Source: Parasitella parasitica NRRL 2501 (Eukaryota; Fungi; Mucoromycota). Taken from it: 44,948 nt of DNA. Positions 22,656 to 34,284 of this stretch are shown here, piece by piece; position 1 is the stretch's first letter; every line of letters starts with the position of its first letter. Both the position numbers and the translations under genes were made by a program. The stretch is from contig MU619420.1 of assembly GCA_025201805.1 (NCBI GenBank), forward strand, positions 1-44,948, read 5' to 3'. The notes under the pieces were generated by a model, which was not told where the DNA came from, searched no databases, and saw nothing but the letters and a program-made list of their open reading frames with translations.

Positions 22656-24439
22656 TAACAAAATTTAGTTTTCTTTAAAGAAAAGAAAAAAAAAAAAGTT
22701 AACACTGTACATTCGTATTTCATCTATTATATCTCATCATAAATACTTTACAAATAAATATCGTTTAATCATCAAGCTTGCTACTATATTGTACGAAATA
22801 CCCATAAAATATGCAAAAATCAATGTCATTTTGGTCTGTTGGGTGGTGTCTACAGCATGCTTACTGTACATTGCAAACTTTGATACATCTAATAATAAGA
22901 GACGCTTCATTCATTTTGTGACATTATCATTGTAGTCTTTCTAAATGAGCCATTAGGTATGAGACAGATTATTATTAGGGTGCAAACTGTTTTTATTTTC
23001 ACCATCTCACTTTGTCTTCTTTTCTTCTCTTTTTGTCTAACTCTCAATATTACTTCTGCTTCCGGATGCAATAATAAAAGCAGATAAAACCCAATTGACT
23101 TAAAAATGGTAGATCTAAATAGGCGATAGATTGGTAAGTTACTGTCGTGAAAAATATCTTTTTTGTCACTTAACGATACTTGTTACCCATGTCCAAGTAC
23201 TACAATTCAACAAAGCTTGAACATCATATCAATTATAGAAAATTGATGCAACAGCTAATCGTCTAAATATGCTTCAGATATTAAAACCTAACACATCTCA
23301 GTAGATTGCAAATTGTGAAAAAGAAGATAGACACGGTATATGGGTAGAAAGGCAAAACCTTATCTTTTTCGTTGGGAAATGCTTGATTCATCAGAAAAAA
23401 CTTGATTTTAGGATATAGATAAAATCTGAGCGGTAATATATTATACTCTGTATAATACATAATAAAGCGAGCATGAGTAGAAATGCGTAGTAGAATGAGA
23501 TAACTTTGTTTAGACATGACTGGTGCCACTGAATGGCTGATCTTATCCCAATACAGAATGTTGATATCTTATGACAGTTTGCTCCTGAAATCGTTGTTAA
23601 ATCCTGATGAATGATCTTCCAACAAAGCTACTATGAAGAACATTCTACCCTTGATACTTATCTGTGCTCTTATCTTACTGGCAATTCGGAAACTCTGTAG
23701 GGATTGGTTCAAGGCGTACACAATTATCTCTTATCCTAGATCATGGTACTATTGCTGGAACACTGTCAAATAATTATAAATACCTTCAAAATGTACACTA
23801 GTTTAAATCTTCATTCAATCTTCAAAAAGCTAAAAAACATAATCAGTTCTAACTTTATTTTTTCTGTCTATATTCCGCTAATCTTAAAATGTTCATTATA
23901 TTCGAAAATAGAGGAACCATACAATTTCTACGAACTGAGGGAAGTGATGTGAGGATAAACGTCTTAGTGATAAGGTCTGGGAGATGGGGTAGATTGTATC
24001 TATCCCAAATGCCATGCCATATTGTTTTATGATTTGACGATTTATTCTTTGGTATGAGTCTACATTATATAGAGTCATGCATGACGCATATCAGATCAAT
24101 GCTGACTTAATAAAGAATGGTAATATTGGACGATAATGGGATAAATGAAAAACATTATTACATTAATAATGGATCAAGACTGCATTATATGTTTGTTGTT
24201 GACCGGCTCTACGTTTCAATATAAGTACAGACATGTTAATTGTCTATGTTCAAAAAGAGTGGGAAGATTATTTATTTTCTGGTTATGTTTATTATTGTTG
24301 GATGCAAAAAGAGACAAAATTAGAGGTTAACGAGGTTCAAAAACTTTATGGTACTTTATTTAACATCGAAATTGCATTTGCTATTTATAAATTTTGCAAC
24401 TACATGAATTTACGTTGGCTTATTTAGATTATTACTAAT

Positions 24440-25038
24440 TGACAAGGAACGACATACAACAAGGGTTAGTCGTATTTGATCTGCCAGTGCCTTAAACTTT
24501 AATCTGGTGCTCAGATCTGTGACACTAAAGGCATAGCCTTCATTTGATTTACTCTTTATCGCAGCCTATCAGCGATTATATCAGGGATCTACGGCCTTAT
24601 TAGATAATCAGGGACAGAGTACTAAGAGAAGATATGCAGAAGTTTATTTCAAATAAGGAGGCTATGATTTAATAAGAGAAAGGTGGAGAAAGATAAGAAG
24701 ATTGCTAGGGATATTTAATAAGGGAATTCGATGAGGAGATCTGACGAAGAAAACTCCTCTTTGCTGGTCAAAATGGCCTCTATTTATACTTTTTGCGAGC
24801 TGTCTAGTTCACTGAAATGTGAACTAGACTATTTACTATAACGTGAATCAAATAGGTAAATAGGATATCGTGGATCAATAAGTCAATAGTATAATGTGGA
24901 TGAGTAAGGCAAGAATGACAGTGTGAATCAGAGAGGCAAGAATGCAATGTGGATTGATTAGGGAAGAACGAGGTGATATATATTTTTAGATCAAGATGTA
25001 TAATTGTTTGGGCTTGAAGGCTCGACAGGTTCATGACA
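24440..25038 (-). mobile_element. Probable solo LTR (about 600 bp)
   Basis: Minus strand starts TGTCATG and ends CTTGTCA (TG...CA, imperfect inverted termini). Internal TATAAATAGAGG box (plus 24777-24788) and a downstream AATAAA (plus TTTATT about 24643). No clean TSD was seen. Confidence 0.55.
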
Positions 25039-25598
25039 GATTATATGCAATTCTGATATGTTAATTTGTGAAATCATCTGATAATTTTACAAATATCAAT
25101 AAAAACATCAATATCAATGTTGGTTTCAGATAGCCCCAAGTCAACGCTAAGCTTTCCAAGTTAGATCTCGGTTCTACGGTCATTTTAGCAAAAGTTATGA
25201 GCAAATATCTGATATTGATGATAAATATTGAAAAATAAAACTGTTTTTGCAGATAACTTTTGATAGAGACATCGCCCAGTGAAAAGCAAGGTATGCTCAG
25301 ATAGCAATGATTATGCCTGTACTTATGGCGCATAAGACAGTGTTTATTTTGCTCTTTATCGAAGCGTATCATCGATTATATGCAATTGTGATATGAAAAT
25401 TTGTGATATCATCTGATAACTTTTTATAGATATCATTGAAAACATGAATGTCAATGTTGTTTCCAGATAGCGCCAAGTCAATGCTAAGTTTTCCAAGTTA
25501 GATCTCGGTTCTACGGTCATTTTAGCAAAAGTTATGAGCAAATATCTGATATTGATGATAAATATTGAAAAATAAAAATGTTTTTGCAGATAACTTTT
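25039..25598. repeat. Two direct copies of a unit of about 223 bp (25039-25261 and 25374-25598), probably subterminal repeats of a non-autonomous DNA element
   Basis: Shared exact stretch ttccaagttagatctcggttctacggtcattttagcaaaagttatgagcaaatatctgatattgatgataaatattgaaaaataaaa; the 5' halves are more diverged. Confidence 0.9.
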
Positions 25599-26430
25599 AT
25601 ATTTAAGTCTCCAAGCATAATGCAACACATAAATAGAAGAGTTAATGCTTAATCTAATCGTGCAAAATCAAAGCAAATTGTATTGAAAATATTATAATAA
25701 GCACTATAAAAGTTTTTACCCTCGATAATTTATGATTTATCAAAAATCAACAAACTGGGATGAAATTGAGAAGCATTTGTAGACTATATTCCTCGTTGGA
25801 TTGTGTTCATTTTGTTCTATTTTTGTGATTTCATTGGTTTTAATAAAACGTGTATTTTTTATATATAGAATAAATCCTCATGAATTAATATATGAATACA
25901 AACATCAGATCATGTTTGAGAATTATTTGTCTAACAAGATTTTAACATAGAGGTAGCCAGAGTAAGACCCACTTATTTTTAATCACCAGCTAATCACCCT
26001 TTTGAAAATGAATCATTCATTGATAAGTTTAGCTCACTTCATTTAAATAAAGTAGAACCCAAATAGATGGTTTCTTATGCCAGCCAACCCATCATTGCTT
26101 CTATTTGTTATAGAATAACCGGTGGTATTTAACGTTAGATCCAATTATCAGGAACGGCTGTCATGACAAACGAGTTGAAATAAAGGAGACTATTGTAGGA
26201 TTCTATGGATACACCAGGCTCCGTATCTGATATTTGAAGAACACTCCAGATTTTTATATCGTTATACGATAGTTTGTTTCTATAAAACAAACTTCAAAGG
26301 ACAGCCCTCATACTTTGTCATTTGTACATCAAAGGATACAGCATTTAAGGAAAGAAAAAAATTCTTAAATGCTATATTACATTGTGAAACGTATACATGA
26401 AAAGGTAAGATCTATATGATACTGTATTAT

Positions 26431-27777
26431 TCAGGAAATTTCAACCCATCTGCGCATACATGAATTTGGAGTAAGGTCTATGATGCAGTATTTTAGCAAA
26501 TGCAAACCATTTCTCAACTGTAACCTTTTCCTTACCAAAATTGTCATCTGCATTACAATGGCATTTTTTTTGCAATTCTCGAGCAACAGGACAATGCATG
26601 AAGGGCTCATGTTTATAGCCGATATCGTTAAAGAAGTGGACCTCTGATTTGTTCAAGAAGATGCCAACTGCAATGGAATGCACAGGCGCATCACCCCATC
26701 TAAATAACAGTAATTTAGTCCTATTGTTTTCAAAATCTGCAGCCAACAAGAAAATACTGACCTTTCATAAAAGAACCCGCCAGATTTATCGAGATACTCA
26801 AAGAATGCGGTATATTCTGGGCTTCTCAAAAACTTGAGATCCGCAATTTCAAAATTGCTCCAAAAGTGACACAGGTTGTAATTTCTTCCATTATCATTCG
26901 AGATGAAGTTTATCAGGTTGTTCTTAGGAATCATTTTAGGGTTTTCGCTCATGAACGCTTGGGTGGTCTTCCATAAAGTAGGGATGGTTGCCTCGAATTC
27001 AATCAAAGAGATTGTCCAACCATACTTTTTGTTGTTTTCCTTCATATACAAGAAGGGATCATAATCAATATCGCAAGAGAATTCTACACTTGGTTCTACA
27101 CGCCAATAGAATTCATATTCCTCCATTAGGGGATGTCTAAAAAAGAATCCACTTTCGAATCTAGCCAATATTTTAGTCAAGTTGGCGCTTGATCTACCCT
27201 CTATCACTCATTACCTGCACATGTGTCTATATGAGAGGTTATCACCATAAATGATACCTTCATCACCCATCTTTTTACGCAATCTATCTGCCTTTTCGAC
27301 ATCAATCCAATCTGGATAACTCCAGTGTTCATGTGGAATAATGCCTGGTATGTCCTATTAGAGGCGCTGTATTTCACAGTTGTGATAACACTTACCGTAT
27401 TTTGTCTCTGCATTAGTCAAGCTTGAAGTTAGATCCTTGAATTCTTGAGTGAATTCAATATCATTTAAAAAGACATAAGGGTAGTTGAATTTATGGTTGA
27501 ATCTCGCTTCTAATTGTTGAATCGTCTTTCTCAAGGCGTCCAATTCACTGTTTCTGGTCAAAATAACAAACGCTGCCTTCACTCGAGTTGTGTTGTGCCA
27601 AGCAGGCGGTAAAGATGGGTCAGGTAAGTTTGGGTGATTGATCAAAGATGAATGTGAGACGGACGCTTTCTGGTTGCTGGGCGCTTCCAAGGGCCAAAAA
27701 AAGAAAAAGATGCAGAACAAAAGACAGCCAATCGTTAATAGCAGAGGCTTCCTTTGAGTCGAATTAATGACAATCAT
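26431..27777 (-). CDS. KRE2/MNT1/KTR family alpha-1,2-mannosyltransferase (GT15), type II membrane protein; 4 predicted introns
   Basis: N-terminal TM segment, [81 protein letters not shown]. Confidence 0.95.
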
Positions 27778-27997
27778 CTGCAAAATGAATAGAAGCGCAA
27801 AGCGAAACAAAGAAAAAAAAAAGAAAGAGAGGGAAATAAGGAAAAAAAAAAAAAACAGAAAAAAAAAAAGAGAGAATAAGACCCCTTCAACACCACCACG
27901 ACCTCCTCTACAAAAATATTGAAACATAAATTGTTCCATTTGGTTGGCGAGATTATACACAAAACTTTATTTAGGTAGATCCTTGTGCGCTAGGATT

Positions 27998-29506
27998 TTA
28001 ATTTGGATATTTCTGTGTGCCTTTGTCGGACATACTTGGTGGGGGAGGTGGTTGCATTTTGCTGTCATCTGTGGATTCTGTTTTGCGTTAGCTTTTTTTT
28101 TTTTTTTTTTTTCACAAGCATACTGTAAAATCTCTCAACTTACTGCTGTTATTGCTGCCGCTGGAGTTAGGTTTAGGCTTGGCCCAAACAACTTTGAGTG
28201 AATGGCCCTTTATTTTCAGACCAACTTCAGCCACTTTATCTGCTGCCAATTCTGCCGATGTCCTTGTGGCAAAATTAATGAACGCACATTTGGTTTTATT
28301 AGCGACTATAATTGATTTGATATCACCAAAAACATAAAAGAAGCCCCTAGTTGCAATGTTAATGACAGAGTCCGCCCCCTTCACGCCTCCCTTTGTACTT
28401 ACTGCAAATCATCCTGAGTAATCTCAGAATCGACACCGGTAATAAATAATGTAGTCTACTCGAATGTTAGTTTTTCTTCTTCTATCTTAAAGACATGTCC
28501 TACCACACTCTTATCAGCAGGTGGAACCAGGGATGGCCCATTGCTGCTACGAACACGATTCAACATTTTGCTGGCAACTGGATCATTCACACCGTTATAG
28601 CGATCTGTAATGTTCTGTTTCGCAGTAAATTGATTGTCTCCGGGAAGTTCGTGTCTATACGGGCATTCTTCTCCACGCTTACATTCTCCCTTGAGGAAAA
28701 ACGAGCATATGTGAGCTCTATTGCGCTTATAATAAGGCTCGCTTCTGGATAATTTGCTCAAAATATCACGGCTCTCAGGCGTCAACTTGGCGGCATCGTA
28801 AATTCCTTCTCCATCTCCACCATTTTCAACCTAATAACCTCACGAATCAATGCTCTGCACTGTACTTTGACATGCTGCTGTTACCTTTGAAGCAAGATTT
28901 TGTGCGAAATATTGCCTATTGATATCGGTAGAAGGTGCTTCTGATTTGAGATTTAAGGCTTTGTCTCTCACTTCGACAGGCAAACCTAAAAGAACAATGG
29001 TGATGAAATAATATGACTTGAAAAAGTTAGGATCCATGTTTACCATATTGCAAATCCAACACACAGGTTTGGCAGACATTTTTGACTTTGGCGCAAGTTT
29101 GGCAGATCTCGGTCTTTTTGTATCTAGCATTGGTGCCAGGCATCCAGCGAAAAACAGTGTAAGGACGTTGGCAAATCTATACAATACAGAAACGTTAGTA
29201 AACGCGCGTAGTAAAAGAATACACTGATTTAAGAGCATACTTTGCACTCTTTTCCAAATTTCTGCTTGGTCTGCAAAACAGAGATGAATTGTATTAACGC
29301 TTTGTTTATGTTTCGTTCGAAAAATGTATAAACGTATCAACCATACCATGCGAACATAAGGATTATCACCTAGACAAGTCTCGCAAAGGATAGGAAATTC
29401 CTACAAAGACAACGGGAGTCAGTATAAATTCGACATTGTATCATTCTCAACAGCTTACGGAGTCTTCCCAGCCTTGCTTATTGGGGTCTGCTTTGGTTAA
29501 ACTCAT
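27998..29506 (-). CDS. RBM22: Pre-mRNA splicing factor RBM22/Slt11(Ecm2) (zinc finger, CCCH, RRM); the frame continues to a second stop at 27971
   Basis: [104 protein letters not shown]. Confidence 0.95.
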
Positions 29507-30097
29507 TTAAAGTATAAAAAAAAGGGTCAAAATATTAAAACTTTTTCCTACATGCTTGATGAGTGTAAATTAAACTTTTTCATGGATTCAATTGGAGCAA
29601 AAACGGTAAACACGTCATTTGGATTTTTGTGCTTCTTTTTGCAAAGGATTACATTAAAATCGTTGGTGATGCAGATTACTGCAAATCCAAAGCTGTTGTC
29701 GTTGACTCGTAGTGATATGGAGTCGACGAAATGAGCAATAAAAAATGAGCTTTTACAAGTCTAGCAGCTGTCTATCTCCGACGTCTCGCCACGTCTTGAC
29801 AGTTGACATCCATCATGGGATGTGCATATGCCATAATACATTTATTAACTTGGCCATGTATCCATAGTATGGCTTGCAGACACCTAAATTGTTCAAAATA
29901 ATTTTGTGCATTTACATTGGATGGCAACGCTTTCAAAAAGGTGTTTAATTCACGACATTCAGAAACACAATAGTTGCATTTCACGTCGCTATGTCGCTGC
30001 ACAGCTTTCAGCGAGGCACTAATTAGCAACTCGGAGCATAGTTAATCTGTGAAAATGCAATAGGAATTATACAGCAGACGCAGAGCGCTCTCGCTCC

Positions 30098-30132
<35 letters not shown>

Positions 30133-30417
30133 ATCCACAAGTCAGTGCAGTCGTTCTCTTTCCAGTTGATCATTTCAAGCTAGCATTGCTGCGCTCATAC
30201 AGATGACTATTAATCAGTCAGCATTACATCAATGGATTTCCTTGATGTAATGCTGACTGAAGGCACACTAAACCCGGAACTGCGACACAAACAAGCAGAA
30301 TCCAAGCATGTATCCTGACTCACTCAAATTATGTCATTTGAACCCAGTCAAGATGGTTTACTGGTATAAAAAGTTTTTTCTAATGGTTAACGATTTCTTC
30401 CCGTACACATATCAAAT

Positions 30418-32188
30418 ATGGCGACTCAACAACAAGCGGAAGGTCTCAAGGAGCAACTTGCACAGAGCATCGAAGCAAAAGGCCGCGAAGTGCGTCAATT
30501 AAAGGCAGAAAAGGCAGATAAGGCTGAAATTGACCAGCAAGTTCAAAATTTACTCTCTCTCAAAAAGGAATTGGCTCTTCTTGAAGGTGCCGACCCTGCC
30601 AACAAGTCTAGCAAAGCTGGAAAGTCTACCTTTACTTTAAAGACTGCCAAGGTGCGTCAGTCTCTTTGTTTTATCCGTAGGCTGATGCTCATCTCTTTGA
30701 TTTATGTAGGGCACCAAAGATTACAATGATAAAGATATGGCTATTCGTGAAAAGGTGTTTAGCACAATTACCAAAGTTTTCAAAAAGCACGGTGCTGTCA
30801 CTATCGATACCCCTGTTTTTGAGCTCAAGGTAACGTACATGTACACAATCTTGCCCAACGTCCCTCATGTGTCGTAACGTCAAAATACACAGGAAATCCT
30901 TGCTGGCAAGTACGGTGAGGACAGCAAATTGATTTACGACTTGGCAGATCAAGGTGGCGAAGAATGCTCTCTTCGTTATGACCTGACTGTTCCTTTTGCC
31001 CGTTTCTTGGCTATGAACGGTAAGGAGTATCAAAACATCAAGCGCTATCACATCGCCAAGGTTTACCGTCGTGATCAACCTGCCATGACCAAGGGCCGCA
31101 TGAGAGAGTTTTACCAGTGTGATTTCGACATTGCTGGCACTTATGACAGCATGATTCCCGACTCTGAAATCCTGCGAATCTTGGTTGAAGCTCTCACTAA
31201 CCTGGATGTTGGCAAATTCACTGTCAAATTGAACCATCGCAAAATTTTGGATGGCATCTTTCAAGTTTGCGGTGTTCCTGAAGACAATATTCGTCCTATT
31301 TCATCTGCTGTCGATAAGCTTGACAAGCTGCCTTGGGCTGACGTCAAGAAGGAAATGGTTGAAGAAAAGGGATTGGCTGCGGAATCTGCAGACAAGATTG
31401 GCGAGTATGTCAAACACAAAGGCGGTCGTGATTTATTGGAAAAGTTGAAGCAAGACAATGTCTTGATGGCTAATACCAGTGCTGTTGAAGGTATCAAGGA
31501 CATGGAAACCTTGTTTGACTATTTGGAGGTCTTTGAGGTTTTGGATAAAATGTCCTTTGATCTTAGTCTGGCCAGAGGTTTAGATTATTATACCGGTATT
31601 ATTTATGAGGCTGTCACTGAAAAGTCTGCTCCTCCTAAACTCGCAGAAGGTGTTGTAGCCAAAAAGAATGAAAACGGGGAATTGGATGAATCGACTGTTG
31701 GTGTTGGCTCCATTGCTGCTGGTGGCCGTTACGACAACTTGGTTGGTATGTTTTCTGGAAAGAACAAAAAGGGCCAGCCCAACCTCCAAATTCCATGTGT
31801 GGGCGTTTCCATTGGCGTTGAACGTGTCTTTTCTATCCTGATGTCCAAGCAAAAGGCTGAAGAAATCAAGAGCAATGAAACAGAAGTTTTTGTCATTTCT
31901 GTTGGTGATGGTCTCCTGAAGGAAAGAATGGCTATTGCCAAGACGCTTTGGGATGCGGGTATCAAGGCATCGTACATGTTCAAGAATAAGCCTAAATTAG
32001 ACAAGCAATTTGATGCCTGCGAGAAGGAAATGATTCCCCTAGCTATCATCATTGGTAAAGACGAACTAGACAAGGGGGAGGTTCGTATCAAAGACATGCG
32101 ATCCAGGAACGAAGCCCAGGGTGGCGGTATCACCATTAAACATAATGCTATGGTTGAGGAGATCAAGACAAGACTTGAGCAAATGTAA
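30418..32188 (+). CDS. HTS1: Histidyl-tRNA synthetase with N-terminal WHEP domain; introns 30652-30709 and 30830-30892
   Basis: [28 protein letters not shown] (WHEP), LKTAK|[68 protein letters not shown]. Confidence 0.98.
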
Positions 32189-32654
32189 TTTTTGTTAATA
32201 AATGTCCATTAGAAGAAGACCGTCTATTTTCAGTGAGGAGAGCTGTTGCTGTAGAGCCATATTTAAGCAGTTTTATGGTGCACTGCAACCTACAATCTTT
32301 CAACTTTATGCTGGGTCGCATCAAAGTTTCGACATGATTTATAATTCAGTTGGAAAATAGCACGGCAGAATGATTAAAACAGGAAGGATTTCTTTCCGAT
32401 TCTGTTGCCCTAAATAATGCTTTACAGCCCATCTTCGCAACCTATTCACCTTTGCCAACTTTTAGAGTCTTTGTTGCTGATATATACCGATGCATTGCAA
32501 ATACGCTCGCATAGTTTGACTGAGGCGGGACCATTGCTGACTTGTCCCAATTTTTTTGTGGCCCAACCTAGTTTTCTTCAGCTATAATCTCCATTTAAAT
32601 GTTTGTCTTTCTTCCCTTCTTTTACACCATTCGGGCAATTTCAAGCTAAATAAT

Positions 32655-34210
32655 ATGGTGGACAGTATACCTATAATCAGTTTGAACGGCCAACCAGCCT
32701 CTCATCACCCACTTACGACTGAAGACCCTATCATCAACAATCCTGAACTACAGGAAGAGATGAAAGAGATCAATGACGTAGATCCCAAAGACAAGCAAGT
32801 ACCAACTGCGATCATCATCGACAAGGAGGAGCCCAATAAGATTGATGTGGACCACCAACATCCATCTGACCAAATTGAAGAGTGTCAGAACATTCAGCAC
32901 GATGGCACCGAGGACAGAGATGATGATAGCGCCGAAGAAGAACAGCAAATTATCATTGATGATATTCCATGTAAGACGGCTCCAAAGAGCTTGACTATTA
33001 GTCATGCGCCGGCTACATCCGAAACCACGAAAACCACAGCAAAAGGAGCTCTTGATATCTCTCCTATTGTCAGCCCTACATCGGTGCAAAAATCTGTCGA
33101 GGAAGAATCAGATACAGATGACGAGCTGATACGAATTACTGAAGCAAATCGATTTATTCCTGCAAATCCAGCACCTGCGCAGGCTACACAGCAGCAACAG
33201 CGCTTTCGTTCAAAATCACTACGGAGCCAAAGCTTGTCCACCCGTCGTCAATTGTTAGTTTTCGCAGATAAACCAACCATTACGAAAAAACCCGACCGTA
33301 TCATAGTGTCAAATCATTACGGTGCTGGACCCCAAGGTTCTCTTAGCAGTGATCTCAAGCCATCCAGGAAAAGCAGATCTTATTTAGTAGCTTGTGATTT
33401 CAGTGATGAAAGTTTCCATGCAGTGGAATGGACCATGGGTACTATGATGCGTGATGGCGATAAATTATACATTGTAACAGCTGTTAATCGCGAAGACAAT
33501 CCGGATGCTGTAAAAGAGGCAGGGCTATCGCTATCCAAGGAAGTATGCTTTGACTTGAAATAGACTGACAAAGTATGATGTGATTAATGTATTGTCTTTT
33601 TAGCTGAAAAAGGCTTCGGATACAGTGACAGAAGAGGCAAAAAAGACATTGGGGCAGATGCTGTTGTTTGATGTAGAATTAGTTACATACGCCATCTGCG
33701 GAAGAGTAAAGGATATATTATTCAACTTGGTATTTATGAGCATATACAGCTATGTTTTTTTGTTTTCTTTAAAAATGTGCTCATAATGCATTTACACAGA
33801 TTGATGAATTGCAATTGACCATGGTTGTTTGTGGAAGTCGTGGCAGGGGCACGGTTAAAGGGCGAGTTTCATCGTCAAGCGGTAGCACAAGCTTTATGCT
33901 AAAACTTGTCTTTTTTTTTTTTAGGCTACTCATGGGCTCTATCTCTACGTATCTTGTACACAAATCTCCTGTTCCTGTAACCGTAATCAGACCTCAAAAG
34001 AAAAAGAAGGCGGCACACAAGAGGCCTGTTCATGCTGTGCCTCTTAGTCAAAGTAAGCATAATTTAGAATCGGGCGTCTTAAAAATTACTCACAGGACAA
34101 ATTCAGGTGTTCAAACAGGCCAATTAGCTGTAGATGAGGTCAGTAAAGCAGCTTCGTCCACGGCCAGCTCGGATGAGAAGGCTGCAACCATCACAACTGA
34201 TAAAAAGTAG
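32655..34210 (+). CDS. Universal stress protein (UspA) domain protein with long disordered acidic N-terminus; 4 predicted introns, one GC-AG
   Basis: SYLVACDFSDESFHAVEW, MVVCGSRGRGTVKG|LLMGSISTYLVHKSPVPVTVIRP. Confidence 0.9.
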
Positions 34211-34284
34211 TTTCTTTTCCACGTATATGCATTGGTTCCCAATTTTTTCCTCTTTATTCATGCAATCAAAGCTGGTTTGATTAA

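Noticed and set aside
22800-24430. Possible decayed coding sequence between the Mep gene and the solo LTR
   Set aside because: Only short interrupted frames with no motif I can assign.
25061-25628. Two similar minus-strand ORFs that look like paralogous small proteins
   Set aside because: The similarity is just the non-coding 223-bp direct repeat; there are no splice or domain signals.
190-28000. TAA-to-Gln genetic code reassignment, suggested by TAA at apparent Gln positions (190-192 and 27998-28000)
   Set aside because: MPE1, UTR4, the Hsp70-like gene, the Mep gene and HisRS all terminate at TAA, and no other conserved gene here has internal TAA codons. Isolated C-to-T changes are the simpler explanation.
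30380-30420. In-frame N-terminal mitochondrial extension of HisRS
   Set aside because: An in-frame TAA at 30388-30390 closes the frame, and the ATG at 30383 is out of frame.
30689-33241. Antisense ORFs over HisRS and the USP gene (e.g. 30689-31264, 31729-32166, 32748-33089)
   Set aside because: Shadow frames of codon-biased sense genes with no recognisable motifs.
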